From: Armatimonadota bacterium
GTDB taxonomy: Bacteria > Armatimonadota > Hebobacteria > CAIYQO01
DNA length: 64,000 nt
Direction: 5' to 3'
NCBI GenBank assembly: GCA_020060775.1
Contig: JAGUZN010000220.1
Location: 984 to 64,983 of the forward strand
The notes under the pieces are model-generated. The model was not told the DNA's origin, searched no databases, and was given only the letters and a program-made list of their open reading frames with translations. Position 1 is the stretch's first letter, and every line of letters starts with the position of its first letter. A program made the translations under genes and the position numbers. This document shows, one piece after another, positions 18,137-29,174 of this stretch.

Positions 18137-20667
18137 CTAAATCACCACATTCACCACTCTTCCCAATACTACAATGACCTTCGCCGGCTCTCTGTCTGCC
18201 AGTGAGTATTGCACCTTCGGGCTGGCCAGCGCCAGGACCCTCACCGTGTCTTCATCGGCATCCGCCGGCACGGTCAGGCGGTCACGGACTTTGCCGTTGA
18301 CCTGGATGACCAGTATCACCTCCTCAACGCTGGCGACCGTTGCGTCTGGTGTTGGCCAGGGGTGGCGGTACAGAAAGCCCATCTGCCTCAGGCCCTCCCA
18401 CATCTCGTCGGCGATATGCGGCGCGAAAGGGGAGAGCAGCACCACCAGGTGCTCGATGGCCTCATCCAAGGCGGCAGAGCGCTGTCTATCCGGCAGGCGT
18501 TGGGACACTTCATACATCGCGTTAACCCATTCCATCAACGCCGCCAAGGCGGTGTTAAAACGGAAACTCTCCAGGTCTTCGGTGACTTTGGCGATGGTCT
18601 GGTGGGTTTTTCGGCGCAATGCCATCTCATCACCCTGCGCTTGGGCAATGCTTGTGCGCCAGACGGTGGCGTCAAAGCCCTCCGCGTGCCGGGCGACTAG
18701 CCGCCACACGCGTGCCAGAAAGCGTGCCGCACCGCGGATGCCCTCCTCGCTCCACAGCACCGTCTCCTCGAAGGGCGCGACGAACAGCTCATAGATGCGC
18801 AGCGCGTCGGCGCCGTACTGCGCGGCCATCTCGTCGGGGGTGACCACGTTGCCGTAGCTCTTGCTCATCTTCACCCAGCGCCACACCCACTGCTCCTCGG
18901 GAATGGTCGCACGCTCCTCCGGGCGCAATACCTTCCAATTCTCGATGGCGTCTTCGCCGCCCACCGTGCGGCCTGGCGTGCGCGTCAGCATCATGCCCTG
19001 GTTGCGCAGGGTGGTGAAGGGCTCGGTGAAGCCCACCAGGCCGGCATCATACAGCACCTTGGTCCAGAAGCGCGCATACAGCAGATGCATCACCGCATGC
19101 TCGGCGCCGCCCACGTACAGATCCACCGGCAGCCAGGCATCCACCGCTTCTCGTGAGAATGGTGCCTCTGTATTGTGTGGGTCTGCGAAACGCAGAAAGT
19201 ACCATGAGGAGCAGGCGAAGCCACCCATGGTATCCGTCTCGCGCCGTGCCGGACCGCCGCAGGTGGGGCAGGTCGTCTCGACGAACTCCGGGATACCCGC
19301 CAACGGTGATTCTCCGGTGCCAGTCGGCTGATACTGCTCAACCTCGGGCAGCAGCACGGGTAACTGGTCTTCGGGTACCGGCACCTCGCCGCACTGCGGG
19401 CAATGGATGATCGGAATGGGCGCTCCCCAGTAGCGCTGCCGGGAGATCAGCCAGTCGCGTAATTTGTAGGTGACCACCCCGCGGCCCAGCCCGCGTTCGT
19501 CCAACCAGCGAATGCTCTGCTGCACCAGTGCGGATGCCTCCGGTTCACCGGAGAAAGGGCCGGCGACGGTCATGCCGTCAGCATACACCGGTATCATGGG
19601 TAGGCCATAGGTCTCTGCAAACGCTGCATCGCGTGCATCATGCGCCGGTACCGCCATGATGGCGCCAGTGCCGTAGCCCATCACCACGTAATCGGCGATC
19701 CAGATGGGGATGAGGTCGCCGGTGGCCGGGTTGACGGCAGACGCGCCGGTCCACACCCCCGTCTTCTGCCGACCTTCCGCCAGCCGGTCGATTTCGCTGT
19801 GGCCCCGGGCATGGGCGATGTAGGCATCGACTTCTCTACGCTGGGTATCCGTGGTGATCTCGGCGACCAGCGGGTGCTCGGGCGCCAGCACGACAAAGGT
19901 GGCGCCCCACAGCGTATCCGGGCGTGTGGTGAAGACGCGCAAGGGTTCCGAGCGACCGACCACCGGGAAGGCGATCTCCGCGCCCTCACTGCGCCCAATC
20001 CAGTTCCGCTGCATCGCCTTGATGCCCTCCGGCCAGTCCAGGGTCTCCAGGTCGGCTAGCAGCCGGTCGGCATAGGCGGTGATGCGGAAGAACCACTGGG
20101 GCAGTTGCCGCTGTTCGATAGGCGTGTCACAGCGCCAGCAGCGGCCGTTTACCACTTCTTCATTAGCCAGCACCGTGCGATCCTGCGGGCACCAGTTCAC
20201 CGGCGCCTGCGCGCGATACGCCAACCCCATCCGATATAACAGCAGGAAAATCCATTGCGTCCAGCGGTAATACGACGGGTCGCTGGAGTTGACTTCTCTC
20301 GACCAGTCGTACGCCAGGCCGATCAGGTCCATCTGGTGGCGATAATTTGCGGCGAACTCCTGCACCATCGGTTGTGGGTGGCGCTGCAGGCGGATGGCTT
20401 CATTCTCTGCCGGCTGACCAAAGGCATCCCAGCCCATCGGATGCAGCACGTTGAACCCGCACATCGCTTTGTAGCGCAGGAAGGCATCGGTGGGCACGTA
20501 GTTCTTGAAATGCCCCACGGAAAGCCCCGCCCCGCTGGGGTAGGGGAAGAACTCCAGCCCATAATACTTCGGTCGGTCGTGGCATAATTCGGCTTCGAAC
20601 AGCCGCGCCTCGCGCCAGCGCTGCTGCCATTTTCGTTCTATCACTTGAAATTCATATCTTTCCAGCA
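18137..20667 (-). CDS. leuS: Leucine--tRNA ligase.
   Basis: Class I aaRS motifs: HIGH-type 'PYPSGAGLSVGH' and KMSKS 'WVKMSKSYGNVV'. Typical bacterial LeuS length. Start set at the ATG preceded by GGAGGAGG, giving MLERYEF.. Confidence 0.95.
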
Positions 20668-21037
20668 TATCGCCTCCTCCAGATACAAAAAGCCCAGGGG
20701 CAAATGCCTCTGGGCCTGGTCGCTTCGCTATTGGGCTGTTTTCTCGCGTCACCCAGCAGCAAACCGCCCAGACCCCTTGGTAAGAAGGAGTCCGGTCGTC
20801 TGCAGGCTAAGCTGGATGAACAGGATGCGCATAGATTGCTCCGTTGACCGATTATAACGAAACAGGGGGAGACTGTCCATCACTACATCGGCCAGGTCTG
20901 TGCACTTGCCATTCATTAACTATCATTACCACTATTTATCATTGATACTTACGAATGCCATTGACGGATACTTTTGGGAGGGATATCGTGTGAGTGGAGC
21001 ACCGGTGATACTCCGGTACAAGAGGAGGGCGATCATG

Positions 21038-22504
21038 AGCACTGAGATGGTTACAGCGGAGCAGGAATTGCTCTCACTCGAAGACGCCGCCGAGTTCTTA
21101 TGTGTGAGCAAGTCGACGATGTATCGGTTGCTCGATCAACGCAAGCTGACCGGCATGAAGGCGGGGAAGCAGTGGCGGTTTCGCAAAGAAGACCTTCTTG
21201 CGTATATGCAGCGCGGGCCTGCCGCTCAGGCGCTGGCCAAAGTGCCCATGCCGGTGCTGGATACCGAACTGGATTTCCTTGGAACGGAGTTGGCAAAGGC
21301 GGGCACCGAACCCGCGGCCTGCGATTATCCGATGCTGGAAGATGAAGCGGGAAGAATCACCCAGTATCTCCGCCGGCTCGTCTGGCTGCTGCATACGCTG
21401 CGTGGAAGCGATATCCATCTGAACCCCATCTGGCAGGCTGATGGCGCGGCCGTGCAACTCGTCCTGCGCGTTGATGGCGCGCTACGAGAGATTCGTCGCT
21501 TGCCATTCGTCATGTACGACGCGCTAGTGCTGGAATGGAAACGTCAGGCAGAGCTGCCGATCGAGGATACGCATCACCCGCATGAGGGACGCTCACAATT
21601 CGTCTTCGGAGAGATCATGCTTTCTCACCGCGTCGCCACGGTGTCGACCATTTATGGTGAAAAGGTCTCGGTGCGTCCTCTCCCGACTACCATCCCCACG
21701 CTGCAGGTGCTGGGCATCGACGACACACCGTTAGTGGCGTTGAGCAAGCGCCAGCGTGGATTGCTCATCTTTGCCGGTCCCACCGGCTCGGGCAAAGCCA
21801 CCACCATGTCGGCGTTCGTGCAGGAGATTCTCACCCATGGCCCCCGCAACATCATGACCGTGGTTGATCCGGTCGAGTATATCTTCATGCACGGCGTCAC
21901 CCATCTGAATCTGGCGCAGATGACGCCGGTCGAGGGACTGCGCGCCGTGTTGTACCACGATCCGGATGTCGTCATGCTCGGCGAGCTGCGGGACGATCCT
22001 GAACTTGCACAGCAGGCGATATGGACGGCGGAAACCGGTCATCTCGTCCTCACCTGCCAGCATGCCAGCGATCCTGTCGAACTGCTATACGAGATGCTCG
22101 CTATGGGCGTGAAGCGCGCCCTTTTCGCCAACAATCTGATCGGCGTGGTCTATCAACAGCTTGCCCCCAAGCTTTGCGCGCAATGCCGTATACCGGCCAC
22201 GCCGGAACCGGACACTCTGGAGAAGATGCGCCAGGCAGCGCGAGCGGGTGGGTATACGCTGCCGGAGGACGCGGTGTTTTACCAGCAGACGGGTTGCCCA
22301 TCGTGCGGCGGCCGTGTCGCCTTGCATGAGTTCATCCTCTTTACCCCCGAGGTGCGCCAGGCCTTTCTGCAGTGCGCCTCGAAAGAGGAATTTACGAAAG
22401 AGCTACGCGCGCAAGGACTGCTATCCTTCTTCGCGGCGCAGGTGCAACAGGCTGTATCGGGTAAAATCTCGCTGGAGACGCTACAGCGCTATATGCCGTA
22501 CTGA
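21038..22504 (+). CDS. Excisionase/MerR-type HTH fused to a GspE/PilB-family secretion ATPase.
   Basis: HTH 'LSLEDAAEFLCVSKSTMYRLLDQRKLTGMKAGKQWRF'. Walker A 'GPTGSGKATT', 'GELRD' box and C-terminal 'CPSCGG' tetracysteine. AGGAGGG RBS before the ATG at 21038. Confidence 0.7.
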   Translation, partial: STEMVTAEQELLSLEDAAEFLCVSKSTMYRLLDQRKLTGMKAGKQWRFRKEDLLAYMQRGPAAQALAKVPMPVLDTELDFLGTELAKAGTEPAACDYPMLEDEAGRITQYLRRLVWLLHTLRGSDIHLNPIWQADGAAVQLVLRVDGALREIRRLPFVMYDALVLEWKRQAELPIEDTHHPHEGRSQFVFGEIMLSHRVATVSTIYGEKVSVRPLPTTIPTLQVLGIDDTPLVALSKRQRGLLIFAGPTGSGKATTMSAFVQEILTHGPRNIMTVVDPVEYIFMHGVTHLNLAQMTPVEGLRAVLYHDPDVVMLGELRDDPELAQQAIWTAETGHLVLTCQHASDPVELLYEMLAMGVKRALFANNLIGVVYQQLAPKLCAQCRIPATPEPDTLEKMRQAARAGGYTLPEDAVFYQQTGCPSCGGRVALHEFILFTPEVRQAFLQCASKEEFTKELRAQGLLSFFAAQVQQAVSGKISLETLQRYMPY

Positions 22505-22715
22505 GGTTGGCGCCTGCTATAGAGAACTATTGCCAATATGAGGAACCGGTATTGAGCCCGCTTGTGATGGCGATTGCTCGAGCCAAACGTTGACACCTGC
22601 CGCTTGCCTCACTATACTGCGCATATGCTGTTCATTAATCCGGTCATCGAACATACCTTCCGTCTGTACGCGTGGGCTCCATAGCCGTCGTGCCGGGATG
22701 TATTGTATTCGCTTT

Positions 22716-22755
22716 CTCACCCCTCCCGGTACTCGGGAGGGGTTTTCGCTTTACC
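22716..22755 (+). terminator. GC hairpin plus T-tract (terminator-like). Second copy of the hairpin motif at 9096.
   Basis: ctcaccCCTCCCGGtactCGGGAGGggTTTTCGCTTT. Confidence 0.45.
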
Positions 22756-22769
22756 AGGAGGGCAACGCC

Positions 22770-23606
22770 ATGGCAACCATAAAATATGATCCCCAATGGG
22801 TGCGTGACTTCTACGATGCCTACGGCATGCAGGAGTGGGAACGGTTTGACCGTCATCCCATGCTGCGCATCGCCTTCGCCATCCATCAGCACTACCTGCG
22901 GCAGTATCTGCAGCCGGGACAGCATATATTGGAGATCGGCGCGGGCGCCGGGCGCTTTACCCAGGTGCTGGCAGAGATGGGCATGCGGGTGACCGTGGCC
23001 GATATCTCACCGATCCAATTGGCGTTGAACCGGCAGCAGGCCGACACGCATGGCTTTGCGTCGGCAGTTGACCAGTGGGTCGAGTGTGATGCCTGCGATC
23101 TGCGCGGACAGTTTGCCGACAAGGCTTTCGACGCGGTGGTCGCCTATGGCGGCCTGCTCAGCTACGTCTTCGATCAGGCCGGCTTGGTGCTGACCGAGTT
23201 GCAGCGCGTGGTGATGCCGGGTGGTCCCATCTTTCTGGAAGTAATGAGCCTGTGGGGGGCGATCCATTGCTATCTGCCGCCGGTGTTGTCCATCGACCCG
23301 GCGGTGAACCGCCAGATCGTCGCCCGCGGTGATCTGGACCGGGAGTTGGCGATTTCCACGCACTATTGCCACATGTATCGTGCCAAGGAGTTCCGGCAAC
23401 TGATTGAGGAGTGCGGACTGACCATCGAGGTCATGAGCGCCAGCAATGCGCTCTCCACCAACTGGGAAGAGCAACTTCGCACCATCCATGAAGACAGCCC
23501 TGCCTGGCAGCACCTGCTGGAAATGGAACTGGAAGCCTGCCGCGAGCCGGGGTGTCTGGACATGGGCACGCATTTGATTGCGGTGTGCCGGAGGAGCACG
23601 ACATGA
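22770..23606 (+). CDS. Class I SAM-dependent methyltransferase.
   Basis: Motif I 'ILEIGAGAGRFTQVL'. Start at the ATG after CAGGAGG. Confidence 0.7.
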   Translation: MATIKYDPQWVRDFYDAYGMQEWERFDRHPMLRIAFAIHQHYLRQYLQPGQHILEIGAGAGRFTQVLAEMGMRVTVADISPIQLALNRQQADTHGFASAVDQWVECDACDLRGQFADKAFDAVVAYGGLLSYVFDQAGLVLTELQRVVMPGGPIFLEVMSLWGAIHCYLPPVLSIDPAVNRQIVARGDLDRELAISTHYCHMYRAKEFRQLIEECGLTIEVMSASNALSTNWEEQLRTIHEDSPAWQHLLEMELEACREPGCLDMGTHLIAVCRRSTT

Positions 23607-24004
23607 ATGAACAGACTATTCCTGTGCCAACCCTCGCAGAGATGCGCGCACTGGAAGAAAGCCTACTGAAGCCTGATCTGCGCTCGTCACCAGAGGTGCT
23701 TCAGCGGATGCTGGCAGATGATTTTCTGGAGTTTGGTGCGTCGGGCCGTTCCTATGATAAACAACAGGTGATTGCAGGCCTACTCAATCAGGTCGAAGAA
23801 GAGTTTGTTATCGATGACTTCTGCATACGGCACTTGGCTCCGGGGGTGATATTAACGACATATCGGGTGACGCGTCGGCGTAACCCGTCTCATGTAGCGC
23901 CATACTCTTTGCGCAGCTCGGTCTGGAAATACCTGCTGGGGCACTGGCAAATGCTCTTTCATCAAGGCACGCCAACTGATCTGTCTACCAATGAGCATGG
24001 ATAA
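23603..24004 (+). CDS. NTF2-like / DUF4440-like small protein.
   Basis: ATGA overlap with the upstream MTase. Size and alpha+beta pattern suggest a SnoaL/NTF2 fold (weak). Confidence 0.4.
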   Translation: MNEQTIPVPTLAEMRALEESLLKPDLRSSPEVLQRMLADDFLEFGASGRSYDKQQVIAGLLNQVEEEFVIDDFCIRHLAPGVILTTYRVTRRRNPSHVAPYSLRSSVWKYLLGHWQMLFHQGTPTDLSTNEHG

Positions 24005-24046
24005 CGACAGCATGGCACCTGCAGTATGCCAGAAGGCAGGGTCGTA

Positions 24047-24931
24047 ATGAAAGAGATGAAGACGTTACACTGCCAACATTGGTCCTCGCGTGCGCGCCTC
24101 GACGCTCTCCTCCAGCGGCTCATCGCCTGCTTGCCAGGAGTGCCGGGCTTTCGGACCTTGTCGCTCTTCGGCTCGGTGGCGGAAGGGCGGGCCGACGGCT
24201 ACTCGGATATCGATATGATCCTGACCACCGACGATTTGCCGGCGGCGCAGCATGCCGTGCTTGATGTGTTGGAAGCGGGTGTCGGGCCGGTGGAGAGTTG
24301 CTGGGCCATCGCGCTGCGCCCGGATGAGTGGAATCCGACGATCATCTTCTCGGAGGAGGGCTATTACCACAAGCTCGACCTCGGGCTGGTGGCATCGACC
24401 GCCGTCACCCCTACTATCCCACCGGAGCAAACCACCGTGTTGGTGACACAACCGGTGGGGCATCAACGCGCTTCGGCACCGGAGAGCACGGCCTATCTGC
24501 CGCCATACGGCTCGGTCGGACATTTCTTGCTCGGGCAATTGCTTGGCGGCAACCGCTATTGTAAAGCGCGCAAGCGCGGGCAGCCGCTCACCTGCTACCG
24601 CTTCGTCTCCGCCGCGGCGGACTGGTGCCTGCGTGCCCTGCATGTGCGCTTAACTGGCAAAGTAATGTGGCAGGGCAAGCTGTCCACGGAGGAATACGCC
24701 GTCCTGGGTGGCCTTGATACCGGTGGCCGGGGCCGCACCATCCTCGCCGCCTTGGACTACTCGACCCCGGAGAAGATGGATCAGTCGCTCTGCGGCATCT
24801 TCCGGCACCTGTACGAACTCTGCGGGGAGATATCTGCCATGCAGAGCGAAGTATTACCGGTCGGCATGTTCGAGCGCATGCTGGATTTTATGAGGACTGA
24901 GTTGGACATTGCAGAAGGACACCAACCATGA
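24047..24931 (+). CDS. Nucleotidyltransferase-domain protein.
   Basis: 'LSLFGSVAEGRADGYSDIDMILTTDD' (GS..D-x-D). Confidence 0.6.
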   Translation: MKEMKTLHCQHWSSRARLDALLQRLIACLPGVPGFRTLSLFGSVAEGRADGYSDIDMILTTDDLPAAQHAVLDVLEAGVGPVESCWAIALRPDEWNPTIIFSEEGYYHKLDLGLVASTAVTPTIPPEQTTVLVTQPVGHQRASAPESTAYLPPYGSVGHFLLGQLLGGNRYCKARKRGQPLTCYRFVSAAADWCLRALHVRLTGKVMWQGKLSTEEYAVLGGLDTGGRGRTILAALDYSTPEKMDQSLCGIFRHLYELCGEISAMQSEVLPVGMFERMLDFMRTELDIAEGHQP

Positions 24932-25749
24932 CGAATGTCGCCGACTTCTACACCCAGGGTGCCGCCCGTGAATGGGAACGTCTGGAGCAGGCACCGTATC
25001 AGCACCTGGAATTCCAGGTGACCCTGCACTTCCTGCGCAAGCACCTGCCGCCGGAGGGCGTGATCCTCGACGCCGGTGGCGGGCCGGGGCGGTATGCGCT
25101 GGCGCTTAGCCGCGAAGGGCGTGAGGTTGTGCTGTGCGACCTGGCGCCGGGCAATATCGCCCTGGCACGGGAGCAGTTCACTGGGGAACCTGAAGCGGTG
25201 CGTGCCCGGCTGCGCGAGGCACAGGTGGCGGATATTCGTGCCCTACCGTATGCGGACAGCACGTATACCGCCGTGCTCTGCCTGGGTGGGCCGCTGTCGC
25301 ATCTGCCTGATCCAATGGATCGCGAGCAGGCGGTGCGGGAACTGGTGCGCGTGGCCGCGCCCGGCGGGCTGGTGGTGCTGACCGGCATCGGCGCCCTGGC
25401 GGTGTTGCGCACCATCATCATGATCTGTCCGCACGAACTGGTCGACGGCTCGCTGGACACCTTTTCCAATGACGGCAACTCCCCCGGCCCAGGCGGCATG
25501 CTCTGGCACTGGTTCCGTGCGGCAGAGTTGCGAGAACTGGCGGAGTCGGCCGGTTTGACCACCCTGGAGATGGCCGGCTGCCAGGGACTCTCCACCGGCC
25601 TGGAGGAGGCAACAAACCGACTCGCGGCGAACGAAGAGCAATGGCAGCGCTGGCTCGATATCCTGCTGGCCACCGCCACCGAGCCGCCGGTGGTCGATAT
25701 GGCGGAGCATCTGCTGTATGTTGGGCGCAAGGAGGGGATACGTGAATGA
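24928..25749 (+). CDS. Class I SAM-dependent methyltransferase.
   Basis: 'VILDAGGGPGRYALAL'. 4-nt overlap with the upstream gene. Confidence 0.7.
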   Translation: MTNVADFYTQGAAREWERLEQAPYQHLEFQVTLHFLRKHLPPEGVILDAGGGPGRYALALSREGREVVLCDLAPGNIALAREQFTGEPEAVRARLREAQVADIRALPYADSTYTAVLCLGGPLSHLPDPMDREQAVRELVRVAAPGGLVVLTGIGALAVLRTIIMICPHELVDGSLDTFSNDGNSPGPGGMLWHWFRAAELRELAESAGLTTLEMAGCQGLSTGLEEATNRLAANEEQWQRWLDILLATATEPPVVDMAEHLLYVGRKEGIRE

Positions 25750-26573
25750 CGCACCAGCAGACCCCGACGATGCTTCGCGCAGCCATGGTCAGTTATCCTG
25801 TCGCTCTCGGTGATGTCGATGCCAATCGGCGGGTGATTGAGACGACATTGGCCGCGCATGATGGCATCGACCTGTTCGTCTTCCCCGAACTCTGCCTGTG
25901 CGGAAACCTGCCGCCAACCATTGAGGCGATGAGCCGTGTTGCTGAGGCCGTGCCAGCCGGACCATCCGCCCAGCACATGATCGCACTGGCACAACGCTAT
26001 CAGACCGTGCTCTGTGCCGGTATTATCGAGGTGGAGGACGGTGCGTATTATGCCACGCACTTCCTCTGTGGGCCACAGGGCTATCTCGGGAAGCAACGGA
26101 AACTGTTTCCCTCGCGCGGGGTGCCGCATACCGGAGATCTCTCCGGCGGGCGAAATGTCACCCAGATAGAGCTCTTTGGCGTGGGGTGTGCTATCCTCGC
26201 CTGTGCAGACTGGATGCTGCCGGAAGGGCCTTACCTGGCGAGTCTACAGGACGTGGCACTCATCCTTGCCCCGACAGACAGGTATGAATCATCACGGATG
26301 GACCTGCTCTGCCAAATCGGTCAGGCGCGGGTATTCGACAGTCACGCCTGCCTGGCTGTCGCCTTCGGGCGTGACGCGTCCTGTCACGACGACGCGCCCA
26401 CTGGTCTGGTCGTCCATGCGGATAGCACCGTACAGATGGAAGCCTGTGCCGACTCCGCTGTGCAGGTCATGGTATCCGAGTTGTGCCTTCAGCCTCCCCT
26501 GCACCGGTGGGGGAGGCCTGTTGATCGGGTGACGACCGTTTGGGAGGTTATAGGAGGATCACATGATCGATGA
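25746..26573 (+). CDS. Carbon-nitrogen hydrolase (nitrilase superfamily).
   Basis: 'DLFVFPELCLCG' (catalytic Glu region) and 'ILACADWMLPE' (Cys region). Confidence 0.65.
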   Translation: MTHQQTPTMLRAAMVSYPVALGDVDANRRVIETTLAAHDGIDLFVFPELCLCGNLPPTIEAMSRVAEAVPAGPSAQHMIALAQRYQTVLCAGIIEVEDGAYYATHFLCGPQGYLGKQRKLFPSRGVPHTGDLSGGRNVTQIELFGVGCAILACADWMLPEGPYLASLQDVALILAPTDRYESSRMDLLCQIGQARVFDSHACLAVAFGRDASCHDDAPTGLVVHADSTVQMEACADSAVQVMVSELCLQPPLHRWGRPVDRVTTVWEVIGGSHDR

Positions 26574-27351
26574 CATCGCTGCCGTGAACCGCGAACGCTG
26601 GAATGCCATGGCCAGCGCCAAGGTGATGTTCTCACGACCGTTCTTCGACTTCACCCGAGAAGAGGCGGCTGCCTACATCCACTGCGATACCATGCTCGGT
26701 GATGTGGCAGGCAAAGACGTGCTGTGCCTGGCGAGTGGGGGCGGACAGGATTCGGCGGCGTTCGGTTTGCTGGGGGCCAGTGTCACGGTATTCGATCTGT
26801 CCGACGTGCAATTGTCTCGTGATCAGGATGCCGCCCGATCTCATGGCTACACGGTGCAGACCGTGCAAGGCGACATGCGCGACCTGTCCGCCTTCACAGC
26901 GAACACCTTCGACATTGTCTGGCAGCCCTATTCCATCAATTACAGCCCGACGGTCGAGCCGGTGATCGCCGAAGTGGCCCGCGTGCTGAAGCCCGGCGGC
27001 ATCTATCACCTGGCCTTCGCCAATCCGTTCGCGCTGGCGATGGACAACGGTTGGGACGGTAACGGCTATCCCCTGCGCGACCTGTATCGAGACGGCGAGG
27101 ACATTACACGGTTCTTCCCCATCTGGGAACTGGAGCAGGAGGACGGTACGGTTGTGACCGTCGAGCGCCCGCACGAATTCCGCCATACGCTGAGCACCAT
27201 GTTCAATACGCTCGCCCGGCAGGGGTTCCAGTTCATGCAGATGTCAGAATGGGTGCGTCCGGATATCGACCCGGAGCAGGGCTCCTGGGCCCATTTCACC
27301 CAGTGTTGCCCGCCGTATCTGCAGACGTTCTGGCGGTGGGGTGGTTCGTAA
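26563..27351 (+). CDS. Class I SAM-dependent methyltransferase.
   Basis: 'VLCLASGGGQDSAAFGLLGASVTVFDLS'. Confidence 0.7.
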   Translation: MIDDIAAVNRERWNAMASAKVMFSRPFFDFTREEAAAYIHCDTMLGDVAGKDVLCLASGGGQDSAAFGLLGASVTVFDLSDVQLSRDQDAARSHGYTVQTVQGDMRDLSAFTANTFDIVWQPYSINYSPTVEPVIAEVARVLKPGGIYHLAFANPFALAMDNGWDGNGYPLRDLYRDGEDITRFFPIWELEQEDGTVVTVERPHEFRHTLSTMFNTLARQGFQFMQMSEWVRPDIDPEQGSWAHFTQCCPPYLQTFWRWGGS

Positions 27352-27504
27352 GTGCACGTCTGCTGCAGGTCGAAGTCGTAACCGGGTGCTTCGATGTCGA
27401 TTGCGCATGTGGCTGAGCATGCTTGAATATTGAATCTACACATGATGTCCCTGCCGCGCAACGATGCCGGCATGTGCTGACCTGATGCCGTCAGCATCTT
27501 TCGT

Positions 27505-29088
27505 ATGGAGGTGGATGACATGATGACACGCATTACACTGGTGCTGCTCCTGCTGGTCAGTCTCGTCGTCACGGTGCAGGCACAGGCACCGTTGAAGACC
27601 GAGGTATTGCATTGGCCGGAGGGGAAAGCCGCGGCGGTGGCGTTGACGTTCGACGACAATGTGCTCAGTCAACTCACCACTGCGATTCCGGAGTTGGAGA
27701 AACACGGCTACCGCGGCACCTTTTTCATCGTGGCACAATGGCTGGATCTCCCGGCGTCCGAGGAAGGGCTGGCGGTACAATGGCAGCAGGTGGCCCGGCG
27801 CGGGCATGAGATCGGCTGCCATACCTACTCGCACGCCTTTTTGACATCACTGCCCGAGGAAGCCCTTCAACGGCAAATCCAGGACGCAAAAGGAATCATT
27901 GAGCACTGGATCGGCGAGGGAAACTGCCGGATGTTCCGCGCGCCTTCGGCTACGAGTCCTGCGGCAGAGAAGCTGATCCGCGAACTCTTCCCGCTGAACG
28001 CCGTGAACCTGGGGCGGGACGACAAGGTGATTTGTACCGTGCCGCGCACCTATGGGGACGTCAAACGACAGATCGACCAGACGATCGCCGACCGCGGCAT
28101 CTATCTGCCCATCTGGCACGGCGTCGGGGCTGATTTCACGAAGATCTCCACCGAAGATTTCCAGCACGTGCTGCAGTATCTGGACGAGCGGCGTGCGGTT
28201 GTGTGGGTGGCCACCATGAGCGAGGTGGCACGCTATGTCGGCTTGCGCCAGCAGGCCGTGGTCTCATCGGAGGGGGGCATCCACCTGGTGCTGCCGCCGG
28301 GGATGGACATCAAACGGTTCAATGTGCCGTTGTGGCTGCGCACGACGGTACCGGCCGAGTGGACAACGGTCTGCCTGCGGCGCGGGCTGTCATGTGCCGT
28401 GGTTCCGACGGTAGCCGCGCCAGGGGGGCGCATAATTGATTACCTGGTGGCACCGGGCGAGACCTGGTCCATCGAACGCTATACCCCCATTGACACGACG
28501 GCGCTTAAGCTGACAAATGTCGCAACCGCATCGTTCGACACCCCGGAAACGCTCAAGACATGGACGGTGATCAGCGGGAAGGCGCAGGTTGCGGATGGAG
28601 TGGTGCGCCTGGAGAATGGCAGTGGTCTGCTGCTCAACGATTTACAGTTGGCGGATGGGCAACTGCGCGGTCGGTTCCGGTTGACTGATGATCCCGCGCT
28701 GCGGAAATATGCCTGCTGGGCCGGCCTGCTCTTCCGCGTGCGCGCCGTCTGGCCGGCGAACGGCTATACGGGACTATTTTACGAACTGGCGAACCAACCC
28801 GAATACAGCGATTTCCGTCCCAATCGGGTGTTGCTCTGGCAGCAATTAGGCTACAAAGAGCCGACGTGGCCCAACCGGCTCTGCGGTTCGGGAGCATCGG
28901 AACAGCCTTCCGGCGCCTGGCACACCTTCGAAGTCACCATCCAGGGTGACCGGCTGCGCTATTTGGTTGACGGCAAGCTCGTCTTCCACCTCGCGGGCCT
29001 GGACCCGGCCGCGGGCCAAGTAGGCCTACGGGCGATGAACTCGGCAGTAGAATTCGACGATATTGTCGTCTCGCGCATCGAGCCATAA
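27505..29088 (+). CDS. Secreted polysaccharide deacetylase (NodB domain) with a C-terminal DUF1080/LamG-like domain.
   Basis: Signal peptide MMTRITLVLLLLVSLVVTVQA. 'VALTFDDNVLSQ..GYRGTFFIV' NodB motifs. C-terminal 'GDRLRYLVDGKLVFH..AVEFDDIVV'. Confidence 0.7.
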   Translation: MEVDDMMTRITLVLLLLVSLVVTVQAQAPLKTEVLHWPEGKAAAVALTFDDNVLSQLTTAIPELEKHGYRGTFFIVAQWLDLPASEEGLAVQWQQVARRGHEIGCHTYSHAFLTSLPEEALQRQIQDAKGIIEHWIGEGNCRMFRAPSATSPAAEKLIRELFPLNAVNLGRDDKVICTVPRTYGDVKRQIDQTIADRGIYLPIWHGVGADFTKISTEDFQHVLQYLDERRAVVWVATMSEVARYVGLRQQAVVSSEGGIHLVLPPGMDIKRFNVPLWLRTTVPAEWTTVCLRRGLSCAVVPTVAAPGGRIIDYLVAPGETWSIERYTPIDTTALKLTNVATASFDTPETLKTWTVISGKAQVADGVVRLENGSGLLLNDLQLADGQLRGRFRLTDDPALRKYACWAGLLFRVRAVWPANGYTGLFYELANQPEYSDFRPNRVLLWQQLGYKEPTWPNRLCGSGASEQPSGAWHTFEVTIQGDRLRYLVDGKLVFHLAGLDPAAGQVGLRAMNSAVEFDDIVVSRIEP

Positions 29089-29174
29089 CATGCCTGGAGG
29101 ATGAATATCGCGCCAGCGCCGGAGTCGGCGATTACACGGGGTGATGATGTGTTATTTTTTCTCGATATGGCGGA

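Noticed and set aside
20900-21037. N-terminal 46 codons of the ORF 20900..22504 (MHLPFINYHYHYLS..).
   Set aside because: AT-rich low-complexity leader without RBS. A strong AGGAGGG precedes the ATG at 21038, where the HTH domain begins.
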